DNA from: Bdellovibrionales bacterium
GTDB lineage: Bacteria > Bdellovibrionota > Bdellovibrionia > Bdellovibrionales > UBA1609
Direction of reading: 5' to 3'
NCBI GenBank assembly: GCA_965199825.1
Contig: OZ241329.1
Coordinates: 2,208,001 to 2,272,000 of the forward strand
Length of the DNA: 64,000 nucleotides
Part shown: positions 39,150 to 49,049 of the stretch, one piece after another
Layout of the letters: each line of letters opens with the position of its first letter
Position numbering within the stretch: the stretch's first letter is position 1
Notes under the pieces: generated by a model
Told to the model about the DNA's origin: nothing
The model's input: only the letters and a program-made list of their open reading frames with translations
The model's database searches: none
Program-made: the position numbers and the translations under genes

Positions 39150-40899
39150 GAACGGCTCCTAAATTTCGCGTCGGGGTCAGCTCGCCTGCGCGAACTAAAT
39201 CTGCGAATAAACCATTTTTATTTTTAAGTTCATCAAAAGTTCCGCTTTCGATAATGCGGCCCTTTTCAAACACCAAGATCTGATCCGCGGTGATCACCGT
39301 AGACAAACGATGGGCAATGATAAAAGTGGTTTTTTGTTGCGCCCGCAAGTTTGCGATGGCGTTTTGAATTCGTTTTTCGGTTTGGTTATCAAGTGCACTT
39401 GTGGCTTCGTCAAAGATCAAGAGCGGAGCATTTTTTAAAATGGCGCGAGCAATCGCCACGCGCTGTTTTTCACCACCCGAAAGGGCCGCTCCGCGCTCAC
39501 CAATAATAAAATTGTAGCCGTTAGGTTTGGCGCTAATAAATTCATGAGCATCGGCCTGGCGTGCGGCATCTTCCACTTCTTGATCAGTTGCCGAGGGTCT
39601 CCCCACACGAATATTTTCGGAAATTGAGCGGTTAAATAATCCAGATTCTTGAAACACGGTTGCCACCAAATGACGAAGGCTCGACATTGTAAAATGCCTA
39701 ACATCTTCACCATCAATTGTGATTGAGCCTGATTGCGGATCAAACAATCTTTGTAGGAGTGCAAGAGTGGTGGTTTTACCCGAACCCGAAGCTCCAACAA
39801 GCGCAATTGTTTGGCCTGCTTTGGCCGCAAAGTTGAGATTTTCAACCCCGTAGTTGCTATTTTTGTAGTGAAACGTGACATCTTTAAATTCGACCTCGCC
39901 TCGCACGGACGAAAAAGTTCGGGCATTTGGCGAATCTTCGGTGACACCGCTTTGATCGAGCAAATTAAAAAAAGTTTGAAGAGCAGGTGCTTGCGTCATC
40001 GAGCGCGAAACAAATCCAGAGATTTGTTCAAGGCGTGAAATCAACAAAAGCGAAAAGCTTGCGAACGCGACGACTTCGCCAACGCTGAGCTCTTTTTTCA
40101 TTACAAGCCATGATCCCAATGCCAAAATCGCAACCATGGTGAGAGTCGCCGAGATGCGGGTAATCACCGAGAGAATTCCCCACCATGTGAGAATGGGATA
40201 TTGCGCACTTAAAACTTGAGCTTCGATATTCTGCAGGGCTTTGACCTCTTCTAAAAATCGGGTGTAACTCTGAACAACGGTGACGTTTCCAATCACATCG
40301 CCCACTCGAGCAAATAAATTTTGGTGATAACGCTCGACTTGCTCTTGCCGGTGGTGAGTTTTTTTAACGATCGTAAAGTTGGCAACCAAGTAAATAATAG
40401 CCAAAAAGAACAGCAACCCTGCCATCCTCAAATCCATTGTGAGGGCCACTGGCACCAAGAACGCGATCCCAATAATCGAGGCCAATTGTTCGCGAATCAG
40501 AGCAAGCCAAAATGTAAAAAGCTGATCGGTGCCCTTTAAAATGGCATGGACCACCCGGCCCGAGCCCTGCTCGGTGTGATAGCTCACGGGGAGGGCAATC
40601 ACCCGCTCAAACACCTGATCAAGCGTATTGAGCCTTTGGCGATGGGCCAAACGGTCGCTCATCACAGCCATAAACACACTCGAGATGATGTTTAAAACCC
40701 CAATAAGGCCCCATAAAACAAGCACCTTCTGGACGCCATTTTGGGTTGAGAGCTTGTCGATCACTTGACCAAACAAGACGGGTTCGAAAATTTGGATCAC
40801 ACCCACACAAACGCAGGAGATCACCAAAAAAATGACGAGAAGCTTTTCGTCGCTCCATAAGATATTGAGCGAACGAACGTATGTGCTGAAATATTTCAT
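39139..40899 (-). CDS. ndvA: Cyclic beta-1,2-glucan exporter-like ABC transporter (NdvA/ChvA)
   Basis: EPVLFG..ID, DRLAHRQR, GTDQLF..WL, GNVTVVQSY, AQYPILTWW; Walker A GASGSGKT, LSGGEKQR. Confidence 0.75.
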   Translation of the reverse strand: MKYFSTYVRSLNILWSDEKLLVIFLVISCVCVGVIQIFEPVLFGQVIDKLSTQNGVQKVLVLWGLIGVLNIISSVFMAVMSDRLAHRQRLNTLDQVFERVIALPVSYHTEQGSGRVVHAILKGTDQLFTFWLALIREQLASIIGIAFLVPVALTMDLRMAGLLFFLAIIYLVANFTIVKKTHHRQEQVERYHQNLFARVGDVIGNVTVVQSYTRFLEEVKALQNIEAQVLSAQYPILTWWGILSVITRISATLTMVAILALGSWLVMKKELSVGEVVAFASFSLLLISRLEQISGFVSRSMTQAPALQTFFNLLDQSGVTEDSPNARTFSSVRGEVEFKDVTFHYKNSNYGVENLNFAAKAGQTIALVGASGSGKTTTLALLQRLFDPQSGSITIDGEDVRHFTMSSLRHLVATVFQESGLFNRSISENIRVGRPSATDQEVEDAARQADAHEFISAKPNGYNFIIGERGAALSGGEKQRVAIARAILKNAPLLIFDEATSALDNQTEKRIQNAIANLRAQQKTTFIIAHRLSTVITADQILVFEKGRIIESGTFDELKNKNGLFADLVRAGELTPTRNLGAVHAT

Positions 40900-40951
40900 A
40901 TTGTCGATTTCCCTCGTTCAATCCGACTGACTCAATCAGATTGGTTCAATT

Positions 40952-40966
40952 ACAAAAAGCTTGCCA
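40952..40966 (-). promoter_or_regulatory. Putative sigma54 promoter of ndvA-like operon
   Basis: TGGCAAGCTTTTTGT (GG-N10-GT). Confidence 0.4.
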
Positions 40967-41014
40967 ACGTGAAGTAGTTTTTAACAGGTTTACTCTGAGA
41001 TCAAGAGAGGAAAT

Positions 41015-41605
41015 TCAGTTCGTGCTTGCCCCATCAATTTGAGTCAACAAATTTCCGCGAATAGACTCTAACCTAAGGGTCACAAGTTGGGAGTGGATCG
41101 GAGTGCGCGAGAGCACAAACGCTTTGCCATTCGGCTTTAACATGCGCTCGATCGTTTTTGTGAGATCGATCAAAGTCGAGTCGATAAAAAATCGACATCG
41201 ATTTTTAAATAAATTTTTTGAGAGTTTGCCCGTTCCGATTTCAAAGAATGGCGGATTGCAAACAATGAGATCATACTTTTTGCTTTCAAGATCTTTATAA
41301 TTTCCGAGCAAAAAACGAGTGGGTGCTGAAACAAAAGAGGCATTAATTTTAAAATGCGGTTGGTAAATTTCCTGCACTTCAACAAAGTCGGCGATTAGGG
41401 GCATTTCGCGTTTGGCCTGTTGACAGTGATAGAGGAAATCGAGCCCAACAATCCCACAGCCTGAGCACAAGTCGAGCATCGAATAATTTTTCAAATCAAG
41501 GTCTTGATCAAACACTCGTCGCGCCAAAAAAACCGAATCGTGTGAAAAACGATACTCCTCGGGTTGAGAATATTGAAAGGTGTAAAACGGATTGATTGAG
41601 CTCAA
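41015..41605 (-). CDS. N6-adenine methyltransferase, TrmN6/YfiC-like
   Basis: YRFSHDSVFLA, LDLCSGCG, CNPPFF. Confidence 0.75.
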   Translation of the reverse strand: MSSINPFYTFQYSQPEEYRFSHDSVFLARRVFDQDLDLKNYSMLDLCSGCGIVGLDFLYHCQQAKREMPLIADFVEVQEIYQPHFKINASFVSAPTRFLLGNYKDLESKKYDLIVCNPPFFEIGTGKLSKNLFKNRCRFFIDSTLIDLTKTIERMLKPNGKAFVLSRTPIHSQLVTLRLESIRGNLLTQIDGASTN

Positions 41606-41692
41606 GAAGTTGTCATAACAAAAAAAACTGAATTAGCCATTGGTCAAACATCCCCAATCTGATATTTGTGTTTTTTTTCGAAAGGACCTTTT

Positions 41693-42292
41693 ATGAATAA
41701 ATTTTTTTTGAGCATTAGTTTTTTGATCTTATCGTCATGTGTGTCGACCGAGCTCGATCGGGCGCGAGCGAGCAATCCCGAGTTTTTAAAAGAAGAAAGC
41801 TCAACGCGACTGTCATTAAGAAAAGCCGATACCGAACTCACTCGTTATTATTTTAAAAAAGATAATAAATTTCCCGATTCGGCAACCGCCATGCCGCTGT
41901 CTGGCGCTTTATTGACCGAGTTGCTTCAAGACCAAACCCCTCAAGCGGTTCCCGAAACTTTGCAAAAATTTGCGCAACATAAGTCTTGTTTCTATCTCTA
42001 TGTGGCGGGTCAGGGTCCGGCTGGACGCTTTTTGAATTATGAAGTGAGCATGGGCAACAAAGCAGGCGAACTCAAAACCATGAGTACGGTTTCAAATTAC
42101 GCGCTCGAAGAAATTTTGAACCAAAAGTTTCCTGCGTCTACTGGCCTTCGAGCAGCGCGCAGTATTGCGGGTGAAGGCCTTTATCAGAGAAAGATTTTTT
42201 GTGGCGAAAAAATTGATTTTTCAAAACCATTTAGTGTTGAGATGAAACCTACTTTTGAAAATGGATCGAAGGTCGTTTTTGAGTGGCTGTAA
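41693..42292 (+). CDS. Hypothetical lipoprotein
   Basis: AAGGA RBS, lipobox LSSC. Confidence 0.7.
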   Translation: MNKFFLSISFLILSSCVSTELDRARASNPEFLKEESSTRLSLRKADTELTRYYFKKDNKFPDSATAMPLSGALLTELLQDQTPQAVPETLQKFAQHKSCFYLYVAGQGPAGRFLNYEVSMGNKAGELKTMSTVSNYALEEILNQKFPASTGLRAARSIAGEGLYQRKIFCGEKIDFSKPFSVEMKPTFENGSKVVFEWL

Positions 42293-43311
42293 TCCGCTCC
42301 AACACATCGCTCATTAAAAATGGTTTAGTCCCTGAAGATAGCGAATCCTGGCTCAACCTGGTTAAACAAGGTTTAGATATTCGCATTCCTGACGAAATCG
42401 GCAAGAATCTAAAAAATAATCCGACTCTGTCTAAGCAGTTTGTTCCCTCAAAAAATGAACTGCTTTTTTTACCCGAAGAACTCAATGACCCCATCGGCGA
42501 TGAACGCTTTACCCCTGTTAAGGGTTTAACTCATCGCTACGGTGACCGTGCTCTGTTAAAACTGACCTATCATTGTGGGGTGTATTGTCGGTTTTGTTTT
42601 CGGCGTTATAAAGTCTCAAAAGATTCAGACTCGATCGATCTTGAAGCTGCTCTCGATTACCTTCGTTCACATCCTGAAATTTGGGAGGTGATTCTGACGG
42701 GTGGGGATCCCTTGATGTTGGCCGATAAAGAACTGTTTGAAGTTTTAGATCAGCTCAATCAAATTGAGAGTCTCAAAGTGATACGCTTCCACACTCGAAT
42801 GCCTTCAGCCGTTCCAAAGCGTGTGACACCTCACCTTATTGAGCGCTTGAAAGGTTTAAACAAAGCAGTCTGGGTGGTGGCCCACATCAATTCTCATCTC
42901 GAACTGAGCCCCAATACGAATGAATGCCTTAACAGATTGATCCACAATGGAATCCCAGTCGTTTCACAATCGGTTTTGCTGAAGGGTGTGAACGATAGTA
43001 TTGAGCTATTGCAAAAGCTTTTTAGAGGATTAGTGGAGCAAAAGGTAAAGCCCTATTATCTGCACTATCCTGACTTTGCTGAAGGAACATCCCATTTTCG
43101 AATTCCATTGGATCAGGCGATTCAACTGTTTGCAAGTTTGCGGGGTAAAATCAGCGGACTCTGTTTACCCCAGTTTATTTTGGATATACCAGGAGGCTTA
43201 GGTAAAATTTCTTTAGAGCCTGAGCGTTTTGAGCGCCTCTCGAAAGAACAATGGCGCTTTAAAAGTCCGCTCGATGACGAATGGATTTTTTTAAACTATC
43301 CCATTCGCTAA
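42283..43311 (+). CDS. KamA-family radical SAM enzyme (lysine 2,3-aminomutase / EpmB-like)
   Basis: HRYGDRAL, CGVYCRFCFRR, LTGGDPL, QSVLLKGVND, PYYLH, DIPGG.GK. Confidence 0.9.
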   Translation: MAVIRSNTSLIKNGLVPEDSESWLNLVKQGLDIRIPDEIGKNLKNNPTLSKQFVPSKNELLFLPEELNDPIGDERFTPVKGLTHRYGDRALLKLTYHCGVYCRFCFRRYKVSKDSDSIDLEAALDYLRSHPEIWEVILTGGDPLMLADKELFEVLDQLNQIESLKVIRFHTRMPSAVPKRVTPHLIERLKGLNKAVWVVAHINSHLELSPNTNECLNRLIHNGIPVVSQSVLLKGVNDSIELLQKLFRGLVEQKVKPYYLHYPDFAEGTSHFRIPLDQAIQLFASLRGKISGLCLPQFILDIPGGLGKISLEPERFERLSKEQWRFKSPLDDEWIFLNYPIR

Positions 43312-43421
43312 AGCTCAAAATTGGCAACACTGATCAGCGCTTAGTCAAAGCGCAATTTCGTCACTCCAAGCCCTAATGCCCTTTAAGCTCTTAATCAGCG
43401 GTCAAATTGCCTACTTACAGA

Positions 43422-43436
43422 GGGCATATTTGTTGA
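43422..43436 (+). promoter_or_regulatory. Possible sigma54 promoter of vWA lipoprotein
   Basis: GGGCATATTTGTTGA (GG-N10-GA). Confidence 0.3.
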
Positions 43437-43466
43437 AACTCCCCTGTCAGGGAACAGAGGGGTAGA

Positions 43467-44585
43467 GTGATGAAAAAGGTAATATTGTTTAGTTTCGTTG
43501 CAGTCTTAACAGCAAGCTCAATGGCATGCTCGAAAGTGAGTTTCTCAAACAGTGCAGCGGCGGGCTCGACAGCAGCAGGTGGATATGATTACACCTACTC
43601 CACAACAGGAGTTGTCAAAACCGATCTGTTATTTGTGGTTGATAACTCGGCATCGATGTCGGTATTGCAACAACAAATGGGAACAAAATTTCCATCGCTC
43701 TTTAGTCGCATCCAAGGATTAGACTATCACATCGCCATCACTAACACCGATGTGACCAGTGCCAACAACCCACAACGTTCCGAGATCGCAGGCTTTCCAT
43801 ATACTCAAGATGGTCAGTTGATTCCATTTCCTGATGGTTCAAAAGTATTGTCGAATGCTTCAAACAATCCTCAATCACAGTTTTTGCAAACAATCATCCG
43901 TCCTGAGACATCACAGTGTCAGCAGTACATTCAGAATTTTTGTCCAAACGGATGTTCGGATCAAGCGACACTTCATTACTATTGTCCTTCAGAAGAAACT
44001 CGAGCCATCGAAGCGTCATTGATGACCGTACAAAGTTCATCAGGTTTTATTCGTGACAGTTCGGTACCTTTAAATATTATCATCCTATCAAACGCGGATG
44101 AGCGTGGGTCGGGTGGAATTTTGTCGGATTATCCAATGGAATCGAATGATCAACCGAGCGCCTTAATCTCCACAGTGTCTCAGGCTTATCCTGGTAAACA
44201 ATTAAAAGTTCACTCAATGATTATCGAGCCCGGTGATGGCGGATGTTACAATGCGCAATACCAAACATTTGGCAAATTTATTTTCGGTTGGTATGGCAAT
44301 GTGTACGCTGCATTGTCGCAATCCACCGGAGGAGTGATGGGGAATGTCTGCGCTCCCGATTACAGCTCGACACTCACAAATATTGCAATCTCGGCCACAG
44401 CCGATAACGGAGATCGCGATTTGCCATGTCAGCCCCAAAACAACCAAGTGACCGTGACTTTATCAAACGGTCAAACACCTGCCTATTATGTGCAGTCAAC
44501 TTCAGCTGGAGCAGCAAGATTGATTTTTACTCAAGCTGTTCCGCCACAAGTCAGCGTGCGAGTTCAGATTCTTAAATGCTCATAA
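43467..44585 (+). CDS. vWA-domain lipoprotein (adhesin/CglB-like)
   Basis: Lipobox SMAC; MIDAS DLLFVVDNSASM; IILSNADE; Cys-rich. Confidence 0.8.
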   Translation: MMKKVILFSFVAVLTASSMACSKVSFSNSAAAGSTAAGGYDYTYSTTGVVKTDLLFVVDNSASMSVLQQQMGTKFPSLFSRIQGLDYHIAITNTDVTSANNPQRSEIAGFPYTQDGQLIPFPDGSKVLSNASNNPQSQFLQTIIRPETSQCQQYIQNFCPNGCSDQATLHYYCPSEETRAIEASLMTVQSSSGFIRDSSVPLNIIILSNADERGSGGILSDYPMESNDQPSALISTVSQAYPGKQLKVHSMIIEPGDGGCYNAQYQTFGKFIFGWYGNVYAALSQSTGGVMGNVCAPDYSSTLTNIAISATADNGDRDLPCQPQNNQVTVTLSNGQTPAYYVQSTSAGAARLIFTQAVPPQVSVRVQILKCS

Positions 44586-44842
44586 CCGTTTCGCATATTT
44601 TGGTTCGGCATCGTTATGAGGCCGAAGATATCTTGAGAAAACTTAAAGAGGGCGTGCTCTTTACTGAGCTTGCCCAAAAGTTTTCGATCTGTAGCTCAAA
44701 CAAAAATTCAGGATTTTTAGGGGAAGTTGAAATCACTCGACTTGATCCCGATTTTGCTCAAGCCGCTCTTGAACTCAAGCCCAATGTGGTTTCGGGCATT
44801 GTAAAAACACGTTTTGGTTATCATTTGATTCAACGCCATTGA
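44576..44842 (+). CDS. ppiC: Parvulin peptidyl-prolyl isomerase
   Basis: SHILV, FTELAQKFSIC, G.LG, TRFGYHLI. Confidence 0.88.
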   Translation: MLITVSHILVRHRYEAEDILRKLKEGVLFTELAQKFSICSSNKNSGFLGEVEITRLDPDFAQAALELKPNVVSGIVKTRFGYHLIQRH

Positions 44843-44895
44843 ATTGAGATTTCATTTCAATTACACTCACACTTTTTTTCAGATGGAGTGTCGAG

Positions 44896-45897
44896 TTGCC
44901 CCAATTGACCATGCCCGCCGAATGGGCCCAACATAAAAGTGTTTGGCTTGCTTGGCCTTCACACAAAAGCCTATGGCGAGAGAATCTCGAGATCGCACAA
45001 ACAGAATTTATTGAATTGTGCAAAGAAATATCAAAAAGCGAAGCCATTGAGATGCTTGTGCCAAACAGTGAGATCCTTCAAATTGCAAAGAAGGCTTTGG
45101 GTCCATTAAATATCACTTTCCATCAAATTCCATTTGGAGATATTTGGCTGCGCGACACGGCCCCCTTATTTTTGAAAGCGGATGCGGCAAAAACAATTGC
45201 GATGTGCTTTATGTTTAATGGTTGGGGCGATAAATATGACTTGCCTTACGACCGCCAAGTTGCAAAAGACATTGCCGACGCCTCAAAATACAAAACCCTC
45301 AACACCCCCTTTGTGCTTGAGGGAGGCTCGATCGATGTGGACGGGGAAGGAACTCTGCTGACCACCGAACAGTGTTTGCTCAACCCCAACCGCAACCCTG
45401 GATTTTCAAAAAGTGATATTGAGAGCATCTTGGCCCAAACCCTTTCGATCAAAAAAATTCTGTGGCTCAAATCTGGCTTGCTTAACGATCACACAGATGG
45501 ACACATCGATACCATCGCTCGCTTTACCGCTCCAGGCGAAGTTGTCTGCATGGCCCCCTCTGGCCAGGATGATCCCAATGCCGAGGTCTACGCCGAAATT
45601 TTTGCTGATTTAAAGCAGATGACCGATGCTCAGGGCCAGCGTCTCAAAGTGACACAAATCCCTTCACCTGGCCTTATCAAAGATCAAGAGGGTGAGATCA
45701 TGCCGGCCAGTTTCGTCAACTTTTATATTTCTAACGGATCGGTTATTGTTCCAACCTATGAGTCCAAATATGATCACGATGCGGTCAGCGCCATTGCCCA
45801 ATTGTTTCCACATCGAAAAACGATCGGACTTAAAAGCCGTGCAATTTTGAGCGGCGGTGGAAGTTTTCACTGCATCTCCCAACAGGAGCCCATATGA
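44896..45897 (+). CDS. aguA: Agmatine deiminase
   Basis: MPAEW, DIWLRD, FNGWG.KY, LEGGSI, NPNRNP, DHTDGHID, GGGSFHCISQQ. Confidence 0.93.
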   Translation: MPQLTMPAEWAQHKSVWLAWPSHKSLWRENLEIAQTEFIELCKEISKSEAIEMLVPNSEILQIAKKALGPLNITFHQIPFGDIWLRDTAPLFLKADAAKTIAMCFMFNGWGDKYDLPYDRQVAKDIADASKYKTLNTPFVLEGGSIDVDGEGTLLTTEQCLLNPNRNPGFSKSDIESILAQTLSIKKILWLKSGLLNDHTDGHIDTIARFTAPGEVVCMAPSGQDDPNAEVYAEIFADLKQMTDAQGQRLKVTQIPSPGLIKDQEGEIMPASFVNFYISNGSVIVPTYESKYDHDAVSAIAQLFPHRKTIGLKSRAILSGGGSFHCISQQEPI

Positions 45898-46727
45898 AAA
45901 TCAAAGTGGGTGCGGTCCAAGCCGCATTTTCAGAAAACAAACAGGCCAACATTGACCTGATCACAAAACTCATTCGCAAAGCAGCTCAAGACGGCGCACA
46001 AGTGATACTTCCGCCAGAATTGTTTGAAAATATTTATTTCTGTCGCACTCAGGACGAATCGTTTTTTGCAACCGCACAGCCGGTTGAAAATCATCCGATG
46101 ATTGAGCACTTTCAAAATCTCGCTCGAGAGCTCAAAGTGGTGTTGCCCATTTCTTTTTTCGAGAAGGCGCATCATTGTTACTACAACAGCTTGGTGATGA
46201 TTGATGCCGATGGGCGCTCACTTGGGGTGTATCGCAAGAGTCACATTCCCGACGGCCCAGGATACCAAGAAAAATTTTATTTTAAACCCGGTGACACCGG
46301 CTTTAAAGTTTTTAAAACACAGTTTGGAACAATCGGAATTGGGATTTGCTGGGATCAATGGTACCCCGAAACCGCACGAGAATTGATGCTTCAAGGTGCC
46401 GAAATTTTGTTTTTTCCAACCGCGATCGGCAGCGAACCTCATGATCCTTCGTTAAACACAAAAGATTTATGGCAACGCGCAATGATCGGTCACGCTGTCT
46501 CAAACGTGGTGCCTGTGGTCGCAAGCAACCGGATTGGTACCGAAAGCGGCCAACATTTTTATGGCCACTCGTTTATTGCCTCTCACCGCGGAGAGATCGT
46601 TGCAGAGATGGATGAGAACTCGAGCGGTTTCATCACAGCCGAATTTGATTTAAAAATCATTGAGCGAAACCGAGCCGCCTTTGGATTTTTTCGTGACCGC
46701 AGATCCGATTTATACAAAAATATTTAA
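45894..46727 (+). CDS. aguB: N-carbamoylputrescine amidase
   Basis: PELF, YRKSHIPDGPGYQEKFYF, ICWDQWYPE, PTAIGSEP, FFRDRR. Confidence 0.93.
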   Translation: MKIKVGAVQAAFSENKQANIDLITKLIRKAAQDGAQVILPPELFENIYFCRTQDESFFATAQPVENHPMIEHFQNLARELKVVLPISFFEKAHHCYYNSLVMIDADGRSLGVYRKSHIPDGPGYQEKFYFKPGDTGFKVFKTQFGTIGIGICWDQWYPETARELMLQGAEILFFPTAIGSEPHDPSLNTKDLWQRAMIGHAVSNVVPVVASNRIGTESGQHFYGHSFIASHRGEIVAEMDENSSGFITAEFDLKIIERNRAAFGFFRDRRSDLYKNI

Positions 46728-46747
46728 ACCTTTATCATGGAGTTTTT

Positions 46748-47179
46748 TTGAAACAAATGTACGACAGTTTTTTTGGATCGGTCAGACGCAAAGTTTCCTT
46801 CACGACGCGCTACGGATTGGTTGTGTTGGCGTTATGCACCATCACCTACGTGGTCGTTGGATATTGGAGCTATATTTTTTCAAAAACAATTTATGGCACC
46901 GTCCTCAGTGTTGAGCGCGTCACTCAAGCCAATTCGATCATCGCGACCAATCGACCGGTGGATCCGGTGCAGCTCTTTTCGTTTGCGGTTTCGTTGCGCG
47001 ATAAAAAAGGCAGCATATGGACTGCGGCAGGTGAAGACCGTCAGTGGGCGGTGGTCAAAGAAGGGCAGTGTATCGAGGCTCGGTTTTATCCTTATCCGCC
47101 TTGGGATTTGGCGAAGTCGGGGACTTATGCGAATGCGCGCCTAATAAGAATTTTTGACTGCGACAGCTGGCCCCTTTAA
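46748..47179 (+). CDS. Hypothetical single-TM protein; last codons supplied by IS end
   Basis: TM helix then G.V..VERVTQ, FSFAV, EDRQWAV, YPYPPW; ends SWPL* inside IR. Confidence 0.7.
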   Translation: MKQMYDSFFGSVRRKVSFTTRYGLVVLALCTITYVVVGYWSYIFSKTIYGTVLSVERVTQANSIIATNRPVDPVQLFSFAVSLRDKKGSIWTAAGEDRQWAVVKEGQCIEARFYPYPPWDLAKSGTYANARLIRIFDCDSWPL

Positions 47180-48197
47180 TTGTTTTTGGCCGAGGGTTTG
47201 CTCTACTGATTATTAATGAATCAGAGAACAAACCCAGTTTGCGAATGTGAAAAACAATCCGGCAAAGAGCGGATGCGCGTTCGCAAGGCCGGATTTTTCT
47301 TTCGTAAATCTGATCACAAAAAGATTCAGCGCTACACTTGTCTTGTGTGCAAAAAAAGTTCCTCAACCGCGACTCGCGAAATTTGTTATCGCCAGAAAAA
47401 AAGATCCTTAAATATTCCTATCTATCACAAACTTTGCGGTGGCTTTTCGAAACGAAGAACTGCTCTCGTCTTGAGAACGAATCGTAAAACTGTGATTCGA
47501 AAATTTCGCTTTCTGGCAAATCTCTCAATTGAGTTTTTTGAACAGCACTCTCAACCGAAAAATATCACCGAGGTGCAATTCGATGATATGGAAACCTTTG
47601 AGCATACAAAGTGTAAGCCGATTTCGATCACCCTTGCGGTCGACAAAAAAACCAGACGCATTCTCGGATTAGAGTGCAGTCAAATGCCTGCAAAAGGGCT
47701 TTTAAGCAAAAAAGCGAAAGTGAAGTACGGGCAACGAAAGGATGAGAGATCCATAGCTCGCAAAAGACTTTTTATTAAAATCAAACCCATGGTCAAAAAA
47801 GATTGCGTCTTTTATTCTGATCAAAATCCTCATTACGCCTCCGATGTAAAAAGACATTTTCAGTATCATGAGCACAAGACCTTTAAGGGAAGAAGGGGAT
47901 GTATAGTTGGCCAAGGTGAATTAAAGAGTGGAGGCTTTGATCCTCTTTTTAGCTTAAATCATACGTGCGCGATGATTCGAGATAATTTAAAGAGGATGTC
48001 GCGAAAGACTTGGTGCACTACCAAGAAAATTCAAGAACTCAGCAATCACTTGGCTATTTACACGGTTTATCACAACCAATTTTTGATAAATCCGAGCAAG
48101 TCCCACCAAATTTTTTCTGATCTGATGGGATTTGAGGATTAAAACCTAGTTCATCCTCTTCAATCATTTTTTAAAAAAACAATTAAAGGGGCCAGCT
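47165..48197 (+). mobile_element. Insertion sequence, IS1/IS1595-like, about 1.03 kb
   Basis: Perfect 23-bp inverted repeats AGCTGGCCCCTTTAATTGTTTTT (47165-47187; 48175-48197) around one transposase ORF. Confidence 0.9.
47216..48142 (+). CDS. Transposase (Zn ribbon, HTH, DD(N) catalytic domain)
   Basis: C..C...G......QRY.C..C; FDDMET; SDQNPHY; LNHTCAMIR.....RKTWCTTKK. Confidence 0.82.
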   Translation: MNQRTNPVCECEKQSGKERMRVRKAGFFFRKSDHKKIQRYTCLVCKKSSSTATREICYRQKKRSLNIPIYHKLCGGFSKRRTALVLRTNRKTVIRKFRFLANLSIEFFEQHSQPKNITEVQFDDMETFEHTKCKPISITLAVDKKTRRILGLECSQMPAKGLLSKKAKVKYGQRKDERSIARKRLFIKIKPMVKKDCVFYSDQNPHYASDVKRHFQYHEHKTFKGRRGCIVGQGELKSGGFDPLFSLNHTCAMIRDNLKRMSRKTWCTTKKIQELSNHLAIYTVYHNQFLINPSKSHQIFSDLMGFED

Positions 48198-49028
48198 TTA
48201 GAAGTTTAGGGGGATTCTGTTGTTGAGTGGCTGCAGCGGCCGATTATTCTTCGAATACACCTGTCGAAATTGCAGGATTTGGGCCTTCGACATTTCAACA
48301 GGTGTGTTGAGCACATACCATCGTACACCTTCGGTGCATGGTGGAGTGGTCAAGCTTCCGGTGTACATGTAATGAGTCATATGATCAGGCAAAAGGCGCG
48401 AAGGATCAAACAGGGTGTTTGGTTTTTCAACCACCATTCCTTTTTGTTTTGGAAAATTGTCGAAGATATCGCGGATGGTTTGATTTTCTTTACCCACAAT
48501 CAGGATGATCGCCACCACAGCAATTTCGCCATTGTCAGATTTATGAAAGAACTGGGCTTCCATTGGGAGGGAGTTGCCCGAGAGGGTGTGCTCCGAGGAG
48601 GTTCGAAATTGAATATGTGTGAGCGAAAAATTTTGGCCATGAAGTTTTGCACTGCTTTGGCCGCTTGTGCCCACTTCAATAGTGTATCCGTTATCCATCA
48701 CCTTTAATGGCTCGGGACGATAGTTAAAAGAAATTTCGCCCCCACCTTTTGGTTTATGGAATTTCAAATCTACCGGAGATTGGCTTTTGCCGGTGCGGCA
48801 CAAACTAAATTCAGGTTTGATGTCTCCCCAATGTTCGGGCCCAGTATCGCCTTCGTAACTCCAAATTCGAGTGACGGGCGAAACTTTAAACTCGCTCTTT
48901 TGCACTTTTTCGACCACAGGCGTGGGTACCGGTGAAGATTCAACCGGAACAATCACAGGCTCTTTGGGGTCGGATGCACAAGAAACAATAAAAGAAAAAA
49001 CACCGAAAATAAGTAGTCGTTGGATCAT
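48198..49028 (-). CDS. Alpha-carbonic anhydrase-like lipoprotein lacking Zn ligands
   Basis: Lipobox IVSC; WSYEG.TGP.HWG, QSPVD, SEH, Y.GSLTTPPCTEGV.W, NNRPLQPLN; HxH/H sites read QFR and EAQ. Confidence 0.88.
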   Translation of the reverse strand: MIQRLLIFGVFSFIVSCASDPKEPVIVPVESSPVPTPVVEKVQKSEFKVSPVTRIWSYEGDTGPEHWGDIKPEFSLCRTGKSQSPVDLKFHKPKGGGEISFNYRPEPLKVMDNGYTIEVGTSGQSSAKLHGQNFSLTHIQFRTSSEHTLSGNSLPMEAQFFHKSDNGEIAVVAIILIVGKENQTIRDIFDNFPKQKGMVVEKPNTLFDPSRLLPDHMTHYMYTGSLTTPPCTEGVRWYVLNTPVEMSKAQILQFRQVYSKNNRPLQPLNNRIPLNF

Positions 49029-49049
49029 GGATGTACCTCGCTTCGGTTA

